From Ignisphaera sp. (GTDB taxonomy: Archaea > Thermoproteota > Thermoprotei_A > Sulfolobales > Ignisphaeraceae): DNA of 64,000 nt. Position numbers and translations under genes: made by a program. Below are positions 64,000 to 64,000 of the stretch, one piece after another. The stretch covers positions 81,712-145,711 of the forward strand of contig JAWBDT010000001.1 in assembly GCA_038821645.1 (NCBI GenBank). Reading direction: 5' to 3'. The number at the start of each line of letters is the position of its first letter. The stretch's first letter is position 1. Below the pieces are notes generated by a model that saw nothing but the letters and a program-made list of their open reading frames with translations, was not told the DNA's origin and did no database searches.

Positions 64000-64000
64000 A

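Overview
AT-rich (roughly one-third G+C by eye) archaeal chromosomal segment with GGTG(A) Shine-Dalgarno motifs, frequent TTG/GTG starts and ATGA overlaps. Gene content (Tyw1, archease, NucS, P1-type rpl12-alaS, MpgS) points to a hyperthermophilic crenarchaeon, probably Desulfurococcales (Ignisphaera-like; inference). It holds housekeeping genes, tRNA-Arg(TCT), class III RNR, a stand-alone 9-gene Mrp/Mnh antiporter operon, a Leloir cluster (galK-galT/galE), glmS with an NDP-sugar synthase, a metal-chelate ABC transporter with FmdE, a bioY-ECF-birA locus and several decayed genes. Most notable: (1) an SPFH/zinc-ribbon membrane operon resembling B. subtilis ydjG/ydjI without a recognisable PspA; (2) an intergenic, well-formed C/D box guide RNA; (3) a pilin plus large pilin-adhesin pair; (4) a VPxxxP/PEP-CTERM-type sorting signal; (5) twin palindromes flanking the bioY TATA box. 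No CRISPR array or intact mobile element was seen. All calls come from motif recognition; no database searches were run.
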